Shown here piece after piece: positions 21,236-31,460 of a DNA stretch of 64,000 bases. The stretch lies in contig CBDFJF010000001.1 of the NCBI GenBank assembly GCA_965248265.1, positions 1,216,001 to 1,280,000 of the forward strand. Reading direction: 5' to 3'. Numbering within the stretch: position 1 is the stretch's first letter; the number at the start of each line of letters is the position of its first letter. The notes under the pieces were generated by a model. That model was given only the letters and a program-made list of their open reading frames with translations, was not told the origin of the DNA and made no database searches. The position numbers and the translations under genes were made by a program. The stretch comes from Candidatus Latescibacterota bacterium (GTDB lineage: Bacteria > Latescibacterota > UBA2968 > UBA8231).

Positions 21236-21289
21236 TTGGGGGTATCCATTTAAGCGGAGTGGATACCAGTTAAGCGGAGTGGATACCAG
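21236..21289 (+). repeat. Copy 2 of the 18-bp repeat running into a perfect 20-bp tandem TTAAGCGGAGTGGATACCAG x2
   Basis: Tandem units at 21250-21269 and 21270-21289; GGTATCCA (21241) is inverted to TGGATACC (21260 and 21280). Confidence 0.9.
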
Positions 21290-21636
21290 GTCTTGTGGTG
21301 GCGTATATTGCGCCGGTTCGCTCACAATTCAAAACCGATCTCCCTACTGTCCGCCGACGCCAGCGTGAAGCCATGAAGAAGCTGCTGGAAGCCGGGCCCA
21401 CACGGACCCCAATGAGGGCGGGCATGAATAGTCCCATTTTGAGTCCCTGTGAGAATTGCGGCAAGCACATTCTCCTGCATGACGGATGGTGACGACAGGA
21501 AAGTCGTTCTCGTCTATGCTCACGTGGGTGCTGACGGGAGGCCGAAAGATCCTCACGACCAAGTTACCGCACTCGATGCATACGTCTGCGAAAGAGGTCC
21601 GGTGATCCGATGCTCTACATCGATACACTGCCGTGA

Positions 21637-22419
21637 TTAAACTCCGCCCTCTTTGAGTGGCATAGAAACCCGCTGGTCGTGTTCGCGAACACCGCTGTGA
21701 TTCGCGCACAGTCGCTTGATCAGCTTGCGTTGGGTCTCGAGAAAACCCATCCTGTGTTCAACAAGCTCGTCGATCACGTCCCACCTTGTCTCTGGAGTAC
21801 GGCACCAGTACATCGGATGCGTTAACAGCTGCAACTTCGGCGGCAAATCATCCCCCTTAACCAAGCGTACAAACTCATCTCTCCAGGCCCCGCAGCTATC
21901 CGAATAGTACGCGATATCTTTTGTAAACCTGTCTTCATAAGCGCTTACGTAGGACCCGTTTACGAATGGATCTTCCCCGCCTAAAGAGGGATTGTGCATG
22001 GCGATGGAGACAACCTCATCACCTGTAAGCACCGAAAGAAGCTCTACTTGTGCCGACAAGAGCTGCGGAAAGAGGGTAGGCTCCGTGGCGCTCTTGAACG
22101 CCCGGACATCATAGTGGAGACCAACTTCATGCCCCATCGCCATGAGTCGCCGAGGAAAATCGGCGCTATTATCGCTAAGCAGGCAATAAAACGGAGAAGA
22201 AAACAGCAGGAAGTAAGTAGCGGAAACACCCAACCGGGCTTCAAACTCAGCCATTCGTAGGGCAGCCTCCAGCGAGTAGTCTACATCGTGTCGAAGGAGA
22301 ACAAAGGGCCCGTTGCTCTCCCCATCACGGAAATCTCTAAAGCACAGACTATCACGTGACTTCAACAGCGCTCGCAAGAGCGATTCATATGTTTCGTAAG
22401 TGAATTCGTTAATTTTCAT
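21637..22419 (-). CDS. Polysaccharide deacetylase-like protein
   Basis: LLRHDVDYSL, ATYFLL, HEVGLHYD, HNP, YYSDS, QLLTHP. Confidence 0.75.
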   Translation of the reverse strand: MKINEFTYETYESLLRALLKSRDSLCFRDFRDGESNGPFVLLRHDVDYSLEAALRMAEFEARLGVSATYFLLFSSPFYCLLSDNSADFPRRLMAMGHEVGLHYDVRAFKSATEPTLFPQLLSAQVELLSVLTGDEVVSIAMHNPSLGGEDPFVNGSYVSAYEDRFTKDIAYYSDSCGAWRDEFVRLVKGDDLPPKLQLLTHPMYWCRTPETRWDVIDELVEHRMGFLETQRKLIKRLCANHSGVREHDQRVSMPLKEGGV

Positions 22420-23164
22420 ATCGAATTCCCAAAACGTTCTTGGTCATTCGAAACGATTGGCTCTTCCTGAAGTGAGCCTCAAGCTGGGCCTGAACTCCCT
22501 GTTCCAGCTCGGCCACGTAGGAACCGTGATTCGTCCACCACGACATCACAGCCTCTGCAGTCGCGAAGTCGACACTATTGGCCAACCTGTCAACTTCGTG
22601 GTTCGAGTACTGTTGGCCGATCTCAGCTATCGTGCGTGCCGAGATGAAATCCCCAACCGGCTCAATATCCTGCGCTCCGATGCGATGTAGCAGCTCGGTG
22701 AACTCATCGTTCGTTCCTCTTCCGTTTCCGCACACGAAGACCTGCCCCCCGTCCTTCAACAGCTTGACTATCGATGAAATAAGCGCGGCCATATCTGCCG
22801 AGTAGTAAATCGCGTACGTCGAGAGGACAAGGTCGAAGTTCACTCCCTCGAACTTCGACACAACATCATCGAGGTCACACTGTTCCGCCCGCACATTTTC
22901 AATACCCTTACCCTCCGCTTGCTTCATGACTTCGCACACGGCGGCTTCCGAAACATCTATGCCGACGAGTTGGCTCTGAGGGGCGACGAGTTCTTTCAGT
23001 GCAAATAGCTGCTTGCCTGTTCCGCACCCGAGATCCAAAACGTTAGCGACGGAATCGATTTTTACATGCCGAAATATCCACTCTTCCAGATTGTGTTCAG
23101 CCTCGCGGTTGGCGGCAATTCTCTGAATAAGTGCATCCGTATTTGACTCACAGCTGCCTTCCAC
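22409..23164 (-). CDS. Class I SAM-dependent methyltransferase
   Basis: VLDLGCGTGKQ, GIDVS, FDLVLS, LLKDGG. Confidence 0.85.
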   Translation of the reverse strand: MEGSCESNTDALIQRIAANREAEHNLEEWIFRHVKIDSVANVLDLGCGTGKQLFALKELVAPQSQLVGIDVSEAAVCEVMKQAEGKGIENVRAEQCDLDDVVSKFEGVNFDLVLSTYAIYYSADMAALISSIVKLLKDGGQVFVCGNGRGTNDEFTELLHRIGAQDIEPVGDFISARTIAEIGQQYSNHEVDRLANSVDFATAEAVMSWWTNHGSYVAELEQGVQAQLEAHFRKSQSFRMTKNVLGIRYEN

Positions 23165-23479
23165 TTGCCTGATCTCCTCCCGAGATTCCGCTTGAGAAAC
23201 ATCCTTTGGATTTGGCGACAGAGCAGAACTCCTGTGTCACGCCTCTCGTTTGAGTCACAATATAAACTCGTATCGGTGGTCTCCAGTCAAGGTCTCGGCA
23301 TAGTCTGCTTGACCGTTTCCCCATCAAAGGGCACCTTTCGGAAGGGCAAGTGGCTGCAGATTCCGGGTAGGATAGCGGGCAGCTCAGTCCTTCTTCAGGA
23401 TCAGGTATGCACTCCTTCAAATATACCACCTTCGAAAAAACAAGGATGGGGCGAATTCGGCCATCATGCGGAGCGGCAA

Positions 23480-24025
23480 ATGCAGCTATTCGTAAAACAG
23501 AACTTCGCGGACGTCGTACGAGGTCTTATCGCAGGGTTGTGCCCTTCTGATGGCACCTCTCTCGATGTCGGCTGCGGTGCTGGTTTGTACCATGACGCCT
23601 ATCGCAATACCGTTGTGGGTGTGGACAAAAATGTTTCGTCAACTGTGAGCGGCGCGATTCGTGGAGTAGTCGAGCACCTGCCGCTAAGGCCAAATGCCGT
23701 AAACTTTGTAACTTCGTTTCAGACAATCTATTACGTGCGGAACCTGACACTCGCGCTGGGAGAAATGCACCGAGTCACCGGCCAGGGTGCTACTCTCCTC
23801 ATCAGCGTCAGCAAGCCACGAGCAATTGGGGCCGAGGATCCCTCTTATTGTTACCAACAGCACGGGGCCGCAGCCTGGATGCGGCTTTTCAGCGAAAGTG
23901 GATTCCAGCCTGAAAGACTTATGCCGCAGTGTGAATTTCGACTGCTTTTCGCAACGTTGCGGACGAAATACTTCTACTCCTTCCTCTCTCCATATTTTTG
24001 GTTTCTCTTGAGAAAAGCGCAGTAA
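23480..24025 (+). CDS. Class I SAM-dependent methyltransferase (start uncertain; frame open from 23165)
   Basis: SLDVGCGAG, GVD, EHLPL, EMHRV. Confidence 0.7.
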   Translation: MQLFVKQNFADVVRGLIAGLCPSDGTSLDVGCGAGLYHDAYRNTVVGVDKNVSSTVSGAIRGVVEHLPLRPNAVNFVTSFQTIYYVRNLTLALGEMHRVTGQGATLLISVSKPRAIGAEDPSYCYQQHGAAAWMRLFSESGFQPERLMPQCEFRLLFATLRTKYFYSFLSPYFWFLLRKAQ

Positions 24026-24046
24026 CCTGGACGTAGGAGACGCCAC

Positions 24047-24940
24047 TTGGCCGATGCCCCCCAGCTACCGGGTTTTGTGTTTGCGGGATTCCCGCGGACG
24101 GGTTCGCAATTCATACAGAAGTGCCTTCAAACACATCCGGAAATCGACTACCGCGCCAAACCCCGTTTCTTCAACGTAGACAAGAGCTATTTTCGCGGGC
24201 CTGACTACTACCGGTCTTTGCTCGCATACGGCGCCACGGACAAGCTCCTTGGCGAGGGAGATGAGCACTACCTCAGCAAAGAGGCGAGATTCGCCGACCC
24301 TTTGGTCATCACCGAGCGCATACACGACCTTGTGCCGGAGGCCAAGATCCTGATCTGCATAAGGAGTCAAGTCGACTTCTTGCTATCGGGCTTTCGCCTT
24401 TGGAAGAGGTCAGGTCTTACGGCGTCGTTTTCGTGTTTCATGCAAGGATGGCCGGAGCAAGGGGTTGCCTTTGCTGAAATCGCCGATTTCTATCCGTACG
24501 TCGCAAAGTACGTTTCGCTTTTCGGCGAAGAAAACGTAAAGGTGCTGCTCCATGAGGATCTGGTTGACGATCAGGGTGCGTTCCTGACCAGCATCTTCAC
24601 GTTCTTGGGGGTTTCAGCCGACTGCGTGTCACAGGTTCTCGCGCAAGTCACGTATCGCGACGTGAACCCGGCCCCATCACGAACACTGAGCCGCGTGCTG
24701 GACCTGACGAATACGGTTCGGATGAAGAACCCAGGGTTGTTCAGGTGGATTTTCCCCGTGAGACTGTACAAGGTCTTGACCGCAATTGAATACAGGTTGC
24801 TGGGCTCTTCGGCACACGATTTCCGGTCTGTTCTCTCGGCGGAAGAGATTGAGATGATTCGACAGCGGTACGCCCCCGGTAACATCGAACTGTCACAGCT
24901 GCTCGGCTCGGACCTCAAGACCAAGGGTTATCCCGTCTAA
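24047..24940 (+). CDS. Sulfotransferase-family protein
   Basis: AGFPRTGS 5'-PSB-like motif, THPEI, KILICIRSQ, FGEENVKVLLHEDL. Confidence 0.8.
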   Translation: MADAPQLPGFVFAGFPRTGSQFIQKCLQTHPEIDYRAKPRFFNVDKSYFRGPDYYRSLLAYGATDKLLGEGDEHYLSKEARFADPLVITERIHDLVPEAKILICIRSQVDFLLSGFRLWKRSGLTASFSCFMQGWPEQGVAFAEIADFYPYVAKYVSLFGEENVKVLLHEDLVDDQGAFLTSIFTFLGVSADCVSQVLAQVTYRDVNPAPSRTLSRVLDLTNTVRMKNPGLFRWIFPVRLYKVLTAIEYRLLGSSAHDFRSVLSAEEIEMIRQRYAPGNIELSQLLGSDLKTKGYPV

Positions 24941-24946
24941 TCCTGC

Positions 24947-26413
24947 ATGCGTAACTACTACGGCTCCAAAGTAGCGCTCCTTTTCGGTGTGAATCTGGGC
25001 TTCTATCTACAAAACTTGCTGTTCCTGCCCCTGTTCTCTCGGGCCCTAGGGCTCGAGATGTACGGCGTATGGGCCCAGATCTCGGCCGCCCTGAGTTTGC
25101 TGGCGCCGATTGTACTGAGTCTGCATGGAGCTTTTACGAGGTTTTCTGCCGGCGAGGATGATCGTGGGCAGGTGGCTAGAAATTACTACTCGATTCTGCT
25201 GTTCACCGTCGTCGGTGGTCTTGTTCTCGCCTTGTTGCTGTATTGCTCATCTGGTCATCTGGCCAGGCACTTCATCAGGACTGAACGGGGGGCCGTCGGG
25301 CTGATCGAGGTCTCCTGCCTTTTGCTGTTGGCTCAGGTTCTGAGTCGTTACTGTCTGACGTATTTCGCGACCTTCCAACGCACCCGACTGTATTCCCTCT
25401 TTCGGCTTTTGCTGCCATCCGTGACAATTTGCTCGGCGGTTGCAACGCTCGTCCTGGGCTTTGGATTAGCGGAGGTTATCGTCGTCTTTGCAGTCGTACA
25501 CCTGCTCATTTTCGGGGCAGGCCAGTATTTGATTACCAGAGAATTGGGATTCCAGCCCCCGGATCTCGGGCTATTGAGGCCCATCTTGCTTTTTAGTCTA
25601 CCGCTGGTACCCGTTGCAATGATGATCTGGGTAACCGGTCTGTGTGATCGCTACCTGATAGGGTACTTCCTGCCAGTTCTGGAGGTGGGCAAGTACTCAG
25701 CAGCCTATACGGTAGGAATGATCGTCATGTTCTTCTATGCCCCGTTCAGGGCTTTCCTGTTTCCGAGAGGAACAGAACTCTGGGAACGTGGCGACGAATT
25801 CACGTTGAAGAAATTGCTCAATTATTCGAACAAGTTTCCACTGTTGTTGAGCATCCCGGCGGTTTTCGGGTCAATGTCTCTGTACGAGCCTATACTCCGA
25901 ATAATGACCGGGAAACAGTACGAGGTCTCTGTGTTCCTGATACCCATCATCGCCATGGGCTACATTTTCCACTACGTGGGAACGGCCTATTCTGTGGTTT
26001 TCCAGTTCGAGAAGAAGACGATATACCAGGCCTACAGCTACGGCATTGGCGCGATTGCGAATGTCGCGGGCAACATCTTGTTGTTGCCATTGTTAGGCAT
26101 TATTGGTGCCGGCGTCGCCACCATGGTGACGTTCCTGCTCATGATGATTTACTTCATCCACAAATCTCGGAAGTTTTACGACATTGAGTTGGAGTGGAAC
26201 TTCGTTTGGAAGGCAGTTGTTGCAGCGTGTGCCATGTTCGGCGTGTTGCACCTCCTGGAACCGATACTAATAAAACTCGGTGATGTGCTGCACGTGCTTG
26301 GCGCTTCATCAGTCGGTTCGGGGGTGTATTTTCTGGGGATCTGGGCATTGGGAGTTATCAACAAAGAGGAAATTGCCTACGTGAAGAGGCTTCTCGAAAG
26401 CGCCCTGAGATAG
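24947..26413 (+). CDS. wzx: Polysaccharide flippase (Wzx/MOP superfamily)
   Basis: Highly hydrophobic, about 12-14 TM; YGVW, FSLPLVP, DRYLIGYF..VGKYSAAY, GIIGAGVAT. Confidence 0.85.
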   Translation: MRNYYGSKVALLFGVNLGFYLQNLLFLPLFSRALGLEMYGVWAQISAALSLLAPIVLSLHGAFTRFSAGEDDRGQVARNYYSILLFTVVGGLVLALLLYCSSGHLARHFIRTERGAVGLIEVSCLLLLAQVLSRYCLTYFATFQRTRLYSLFRLLLPSVTICSAVATLVLGFGLAEVIVVFAVVHLLIFGAGQYLITRELGFQPPDLGLLRPILLFSLPLVPVAMMIWVTGLCDRYLIGYFLPVLEVGKYSAAYTVGMIVMFFYAPFRAFLFPRGTELWERGDEFTLKKLLNYSNKFPLLLSIPAVFGSMSLYEPILRIMTGKQYEVSVFLIPIIAMGYIFHYVGTAYSVVFQFEKKTIYQAYSYGIGAIANVAGNILLLPLLGIIGAGVATMVTFLLMMIYFIHKSRKFYDIELEWNFVWKAVVAACAMFGVLHLLEPILIKLGDVLHVLGASSVGSGVYFLGIWALGVINKEEIAYVKRLLESALR

Positions 26414-26539
26414 AGAGCCCGCGCTGGATTATCGTCCCTCTCGCCCTTCCTCTCCCTCATGAATTTCGATTCTCACGCAAACTCCCTTTGGCTCCCACCT
26501 TGCGGTTAGGCGCTTCGACGACGATTCGGTCGATATCGG

Positions 26540-27451
26540 TTATTCGCTTCCAGACGCCAGCAAGGCCTTTCGCACCACCGCTCGGGTGGTGGTCGGAAAC
26601 TCTCCGGGTTCGCAACACTGACAGATCTGGACGTCGACCGCCCCGCTCATGAGCATGTAAGCATGCTCAAAGCTGAGGCCGCCCTTCTCCTGCATCAGTA
26701 TCACCATTTCTTCGGCCGCCATGCGCGCCGCCTGGGCCAGATCCTCGTGCTCGCCCGTCGTGATCCACAACTCCGGTGTTTCGATCAGCGGCCGACGAAT
26801 GCCAGCGCCCTTCATCAGGTGGATTCGCACAGTCACTTCCGCGCAAATCTCCAGTCCGATGTAGGTGATCTCACCGTCTCCCATGGCCCCGTGCACATCG
26901 CCGAGACCGAGCAGTGCGCCATCTACGTACACGGGCAGGTAGACCTTGTTTCCCGTCGTGATGTATCGATTGTCCATGTTGCCGCCGGCGGGCGATGGCA
27001 TCCCTGTCGCTATGCCCTCACCGGCCGGCGCCGTGGAAATGACCCCGACCATCGGGTTCACCGGGAACTGGATGCGCTTGTCGAAGTGCACCTGGCCATC
27101 ACGTATCTGCACGATTCGGGTAGCCGGCTTGGTCGCCATGTGTCCGAGCAGGCCCATGCCAGTCTTGACCCCAAGGAAGCCCTGCGGCGCGAGTTCAATC
27201 CCCAGAATCTCGACGCACAGACCATCCCCGGGCTCGGCTCCCTTTATCCGAATCGGTCCGGTGGCCGGATTGGCGCCGTCGGGATGCGGTTGGTCGAGCA
27301 GATCCTGTTCTCGCAGAATGGTGCCGGTGCGAGCGTCATAGGTCTCGATCTCGACGACATCACCTGAGTCGATCTCCAGTGCTGGGGGATGGCTCTGATC
27401 GAAACTGTAGACGATGTGATCACGACTGAGATGGTGTATGCTGCCGGCCAT
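26540..27451 (-). CDS. Acetamidase/formamidase family protein
   Basis: NPATGPIRIKGAEPGD, GGNMD, GDVHGAMGDGE. Confidence 0.9.
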   Translation of the reverse strand: MAGSIHHLSRDHIVYSFDQSHPPALEIDSGDVVEIETYDARTGTILREQDLLDQPHPDGANPATGPIRIKGAEPGDGLCVEILGIELAPQGFLGVKTGMGLLGHMATKPATRIVQIRDGQVHFDKRIQFPVNPMVGVISTAPAGEGIATGMPSPAGGNMDNRYITTGNKVYLPVYVDGALLGLGDVHGAMGDGEITYIGLEICAEVTVRIHLMKGAGIRRPLIETPELWITTGEHEDLAQAARMAAEEMVILMQEKGGLSFEHAYMLMSGAVDVQICQCCEPGEFPTTTRAVVRKALLASGSE

Positions 27452-27465
27452 TGCCTGTTCGCTTT

Positions 27466-28500
27466 CTATGTTTCAGGGTTGGTGGAGGTACCCGAGCACA
27501 AAGCCTGGAGCTCGGCGCCATAGGCAAACAACGCAGGGGCACCTCCGGTATGAACGAAAATCAGGATGTCCTCGGGGCCCCAATCACCCCGACGAACATG
27601 ATCCAGCAGTCCCGCGAATGCCTTACCGGAATAGACGGGGTCCAGAAGAAGGCCTTCCGTGCGGGCGACCAGAGATATCGCCTCGATCCCTTCCCGAGTG
27701 GCCACGCCGTAGGCAGGCCCCGCGAACTCGCCGTGACTCTCCAAGTCCGCGGCGCTGAACTCGAGATCGAGGTCCAACATGCCGCAGATACTGTTGGCCG
27801 TTTGAGCAAGCGCAGCATCCTTTTCGTCGTTGTCGTGTGGGCTGGGGCTGATGCCTACCGTGCGCACCTCCATACCGAGCGCCCGGGACCCGACGGCCAA
27901 ACCGACATGGGTGTGACTGCCCGAGCACACGTATATCCCCGTCGGATTGATCTCCCGGTCCTGCATCTGCTCATAGAGTTCCAGGAAGCCATCGACGTAG
28001 GACACGCCGCGCAACATAAAGCCGTCAGAGCTGGTGTCGTAGACCTTGACGCCCTTTGCCTTGAATTGCGCAATGATGGCCTGCTGTTGCTCGATGGATT
28101 CGGCCAGATGGACTTCAGCTCCGAGCAGATGGGTAACCAGCAGATTGCCGTTGATGGGGGCAACATGTTCGTCACGACGACCCACGATGACGGCTCTCTT
28201 CTGCAGTCTTGCGGCCAAGGCCGCCGTCAGCCTGGATTGATTGGATTGCGAGGCCGCACCGTGCAGGAGAACATCGTAGCCCTCATCGACGGCGGGCGCG
28301 CAGGAATACTCGAACTCGCGCACCTTGTTGCCGCCGAAAGCCAGTCCGGTAAGGTCCTCCCGCTTGATGAGTATTCTGGGGCCACCGATGGCGGCGGATA
28401 GGCGTGGACACTCATCCAGGGGCGTCGGGAAGTGACCGAGCTCGAGTTTGGAGAAACGGCCCAGCCTCTCCCGCAGTTCCTTTGGGGTGTATCCTTTCAC
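27466..28500 (-). CDS. D-cysteine desulfhydrase / ACC deaminase family PLP enzyme
   Basis: PTPL, IKREDLTGLAFGGNKVR, QSNQ, LLDPVYSGKA, HTGGAP. Confidence 0.88.
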   Translation of the reverse strand: MKGYTPKELRERLGRFSKLELGHFPTPLDECPRLSAAIGGPRILIKREDLTGLAFGGNKVREFEYSCAPAVDEGYDVLLHGAASQSNQSRLTAALAARLQKRAVIVGRRDEHVAPINGNLLVTHLLGAEVHLAESIEQQQAIIAQFKAKGVKVYDTSSDGFMLRGVSYVDGFLELYEQMQDREINPTGIYVCSGSHTHVGLAVGSRALGMEVRTVGISPSPHDNDEKDAALAQTANSICGMLDLDLEFSAADLESHGEFAGPAYGVATREGIEAISLVARTEGLLLDPVYSGKAFAGLLDHVRRGDWGPEDILIFVHTGGAPALFAYGAELQALCSGTSTNPET

Positions 28501-28783
28501 GTGTATCCTCGCGGGTCCCGAAACCTGTTCGCCATCACGGCGGCATAGCTACCAGGCACATGAACCATGTCGGCTTGGTGTGATAACGTCAGGCAATGGT
28601 AGAGCATGATCGCCCGAGCAAGCAAGAGAGGGAAACTCCGTGCCATTTCACTGGAGCCCGCCGTGGATCCGCTCGTGGCGTGGACGGTGCAGCTGGCGTC
28701 ATTGCGTTCTCAGCGAGGTTCTTGTTACCCTAGCTGGCTCACCTGGTACTTGCTATTCCCGCCTAGTCGCCAGAGGACATTTC

Positions 28784-29632
28784 ATGGACGCCGCTTGCCT
28801 CGAGCACCGCTTGACGGATGAGGAGAGATCTCAATTCGAAGAGAATGGCTTTCTCATCGTCGAGGACGTGCTATCCGAACGGCTGGTAGGCGACCTCTAC
28901 GCAGCCGCCAGCCGAATCGTCTCCGAATATCGCCGCACTCAGGGCATAGATGACAACGTCATGGCAAACCCCTTCGACTACATCGGTCGTGATGACCTGT
29001 TCCTGGACCTGCTCGATTGGCCCACGACCTTCCCGAAGGTCTGGGGGATTCTCGGCTGGCACATCCAGCTCTACCACACCCACATGATGACGGTCCCCCC
29101 GGAGCCACGTCTCGAGAACGGCTACAAGCGCCTCGGGTGGCATCAGGACAGCGATCGCCTCAATCAGGACCTCGAGACCGACCCACGTCCGCGGGTTTCG
29201 GTGAAGATCGGCTACTTTCTCACCGATACTTCGATGCCTGATTGCGGCAGCGTCTGGGTCGTGCCGGGGAGCCACCTGTGGAATGAACTGCAGTTTCCGG
29301 AGGGAGACGAATCCGAGCCGACCGGCGCCGTGGCGCTGCAGGTCCCTGCCGGCTCCGCCATCATTTTCGATCGGCGCGTGTGGCACGCCAGCGGACGCAA
29401 TCACTCCACCACAACGCGGATCGTCCTCTACTACGGCTACAGCTATCGCTGGCTCAAACAGCGTGATGACATGACCGTCGATCACCTGCTGGACCGATGC
29501 GATCCCATTCGACGGCAATTGCTCGGAGACAGTGTCACCGGCAATCACAGCTTCACTTCGCCGAGAGACGAAGACGTGCCGTTGCGCGAGTGGATCAGGG
29601 AACACGCCGGCGAAGACGCGGTTATTCCCTGA
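28784..29632 (+). CDS. Phytanoyl-CoA dioxygenase (PhyH) family protein
   Basis: FEENGFLIVEDVL, WHQD, VVPGSH, FDRRVWHA. Confidence 0.88.
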   Translation: MDAACLEHRLTDEERSQFEENGFLIVEDVLSERLVGDLYAAASRIVSEYRRTQGIDDNVMANPFDYIGRDDLFLDLLDWPTTFPKVWGILGWHIQLYHTHMMTVPPEPRLENGYKRLGWHQDSDRLNQDLETDPRPRVSVKIGYFLTDTSMPDCGSVWVVPGSHLWNELQFPEGDESEPTGAVALQVPAGSAIIFDRRVWHASGRNHSTTTRIVLYYGYSYRWLKQRDDMTVDHLLDRCDPIRRQLLGDSVTGNHSFTSPRDEDVPLREWIREHAGEDAVIP

Positions 29633-29737
29633 TCGTCAGATAGCTCCCGCAGTCCAGCCCGCCTGCCTGGCCGCCTTCATGTTCTCGATCAGCGCGTATC
29701 GTGGCACGGCGCAGGCGCTCCCCAGGACATTGGCAGA

Positions 29738-31288
29738 TCACGAACGTCGCACCACCTGCCCCGGCAACGCACCCGTAATCACGCCTCCCTGCTTGACGCA
29801 TGTACCATTGACGATGACGTCGTCCACCCCGACGGCCAGCTCCCGGGGATCACTCCAGGTGGCGCGATCGGCGACCGTCTCCAGATCGAAAACGACGATG
29901 TCGGCGGCCATACCCTCGGCGATGACGCCCCGGTCCTTCATGCCGAAGCGCTGTGCCGGGAAGCCACTCATCTTGTGTACCGCCTGTTCGACGGACAGCA
30001 CAGCCTGTTCGCGTACGTAGCGCCGCAGAAACCGTGCATAGCATCCGACCCCGCGTGGGTGCGGGTGGGGCACCTCGTAGACACCGTCGCTGGCCACCAT
30101 CATGCGGGGATGCCCTGCGGTGGCCTCCAGAATCGCGTCGTTGTCCTCGTCGGGAGTCTGCCACGGAAAGATGAGCATCTCGTTCCCTGCTTCATCAATG
30201 ATGAGGTCGTATAGAAATTCCTCGCAGCTCTCGCTGACACTGGCAGCGGCCTCACCCAGCGTCATCCCCAGGAAACGCCCGGAACCGGTATTCGAGATAA
30301 TCTGCGAGCCCTTTCTCACCCCGAGTTTTTCGCTCATTGCCGGCAGCGACTCGGCGCGTACCGAAGGGTCCGCCATACGAACCAGCACCTCATCAAGACT
30401 GCCAGCCTGGTATTTCATCGGCAGCATCATGACGCCGTGAGTCATGCCGGCAGGGTACAGGTACGACTCGAACGTCAGATCCACTCCGTCTCTGTCGACC
30501 CGTTCCAGTTTCTCCAGCGTTTCTCCGTCGACTCGCTCGTGCGACACATGCACGGGGATTCCTGCGGCCCCAGCCAGCTCGATGATTTCGTCCCAGGCCT
30601 TGGCCCGACCGTAGTCGCAGTAGCGGAGATGGGCTGCGTAGATTCCCCCATACGAGGCGGCAACCTTGCACAGGGCGACCAGCTCGGCAAAGTCCGCGTG
30701 CGCACTCGGCTGGTAGTCCAGACCCAGATTGAGCGCCACGGCGCCAGCCTCCATCCACTCACGCGTCAGCTGCTCCATGGCCGCGAGCTCGCCGGTGTCG
30801 GGGGTACGCGGCTCCCAACCCATCACCGCCAGCCTCAGAGCGCAGTGGGGTACCTGCGGGCACACATTGGCCGGCGTATTGCCGGGGTACATGCCCATGT
30901 AGTCCTCGATCCCAGGCCAGTCCAGAGAGGGATTCAGATCACCGTAGGCGAAATGCGCGTACTCCCAGAACTCGCGTGCCCGTTGCGGCGAGAGGCCGGC
31001 CCAGCTGAATCCGTCGGGCGCCAGCAGATGCGTCGTCACCCCCTCATGAATCGTCGCCATCTGGTCGCGTCCGCCCACCAGCGACAGCTCCGAATGCACG
31101 TGGACGTCGATGAATCCCGGGCTGACGATGCGATTGGAGGCGTCGATGACGACCCCTGCTTCAGCGGTGGACAGATCACCGATAGCGGCGATGCGATCAC
31201 CGTTAATTCCCACGTCGGCGTCGAAGGGCGCGCGGGTGCCTGTTCCGTCCGCAATGCGGCCTCCGTGAACGATGCAGTCAAACTCCAT
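29738..31288 (-). CDS. N-acyl-D-amino-acid deacylase family amidohydrolase
   Basis: SPGFIDVHVHSE, YAAHLR, VHVSH, SDG..HPHPRG, ADIVVFD. Confidence 0.88.
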   Translation of the reverse strand: MEFDCIVHGGRIADGTGTRAPFDADVGINGDRIAAIGDLSTAEAGVVIDASNRIVSPGFIDVHVHSELSLVGGRDQMATIHEGVTTHLLAPDGFSWAGLSPQRAREFWEYAHFAYGDLNPSLDWPGIEDYMGMYPGNTPANVCPQVPHCALRLAVMGWEPRTPDTGELAAMEQLTREWMEAGAVALNLGLDYQPSAHADFAELVALCKVAASYGGIYAAHLRYCDYGRAKAWDEIIELAGAAGIPVHVSHERVDGETLEKLERVDRDGVDLTFESYLYPAGMTHGVMMLPMKYQAGSLDEVLVRMADPSVRAESLPAMSEKLGVRKGSQIISNTGSGRFLGMTLGEAAASVSESCEEFLYDLIIDEAGNEMLIFPWQTPDEDNDAILEATAGHPRMMVASDGVYEVPHPHPRGVGCYARFLRRYVREQAVLSVEQAVHKMSGFPAQRFGMKDRGVIAEGMAADIVVFDLETVADRATWSDPRELAVGVDDVIVNGTCVKQGGVITGALPGQVVRRS

Positions 31289-31383
31289 TGTGGGGTCCTC
31301 TCTACCGTTGGACTCTGTGGTCGAAATTCTTCAGGTTGACGAAGTTACGCCCGCACTCTCATTCATGCATGTGGAGGACGACG

Positions 31384-31412
31384 TTGACAGAGGACCCGCG
31401 AAGTGCTATCGA
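31384..31412 (+). promoter_or_regulatory. Candidate sigma-70 promoter of the PQQ dehydrogenase operon
   Basis: TTGACA-17 nt-TATCGA with a TG extension; GAGGAG RBS before GTG 31461. Confidence 0.4.
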
Positions 31413-31460
31413 TAGTGCTTCCACCTTGAATCCGCGCCCGCAACCGAGGAGATCGACACC

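Noticed and set aside
21250-21289. 20-bp repeat as a CRISPR array
   Set aside because: Only two abutting units, no spacers and no cas genes
21295-21640. Small Cys-containing ORFs (PCENCGKH)
   Set aside because: A single CxxC in short broken frames is not enough to call a zinc-finger gene
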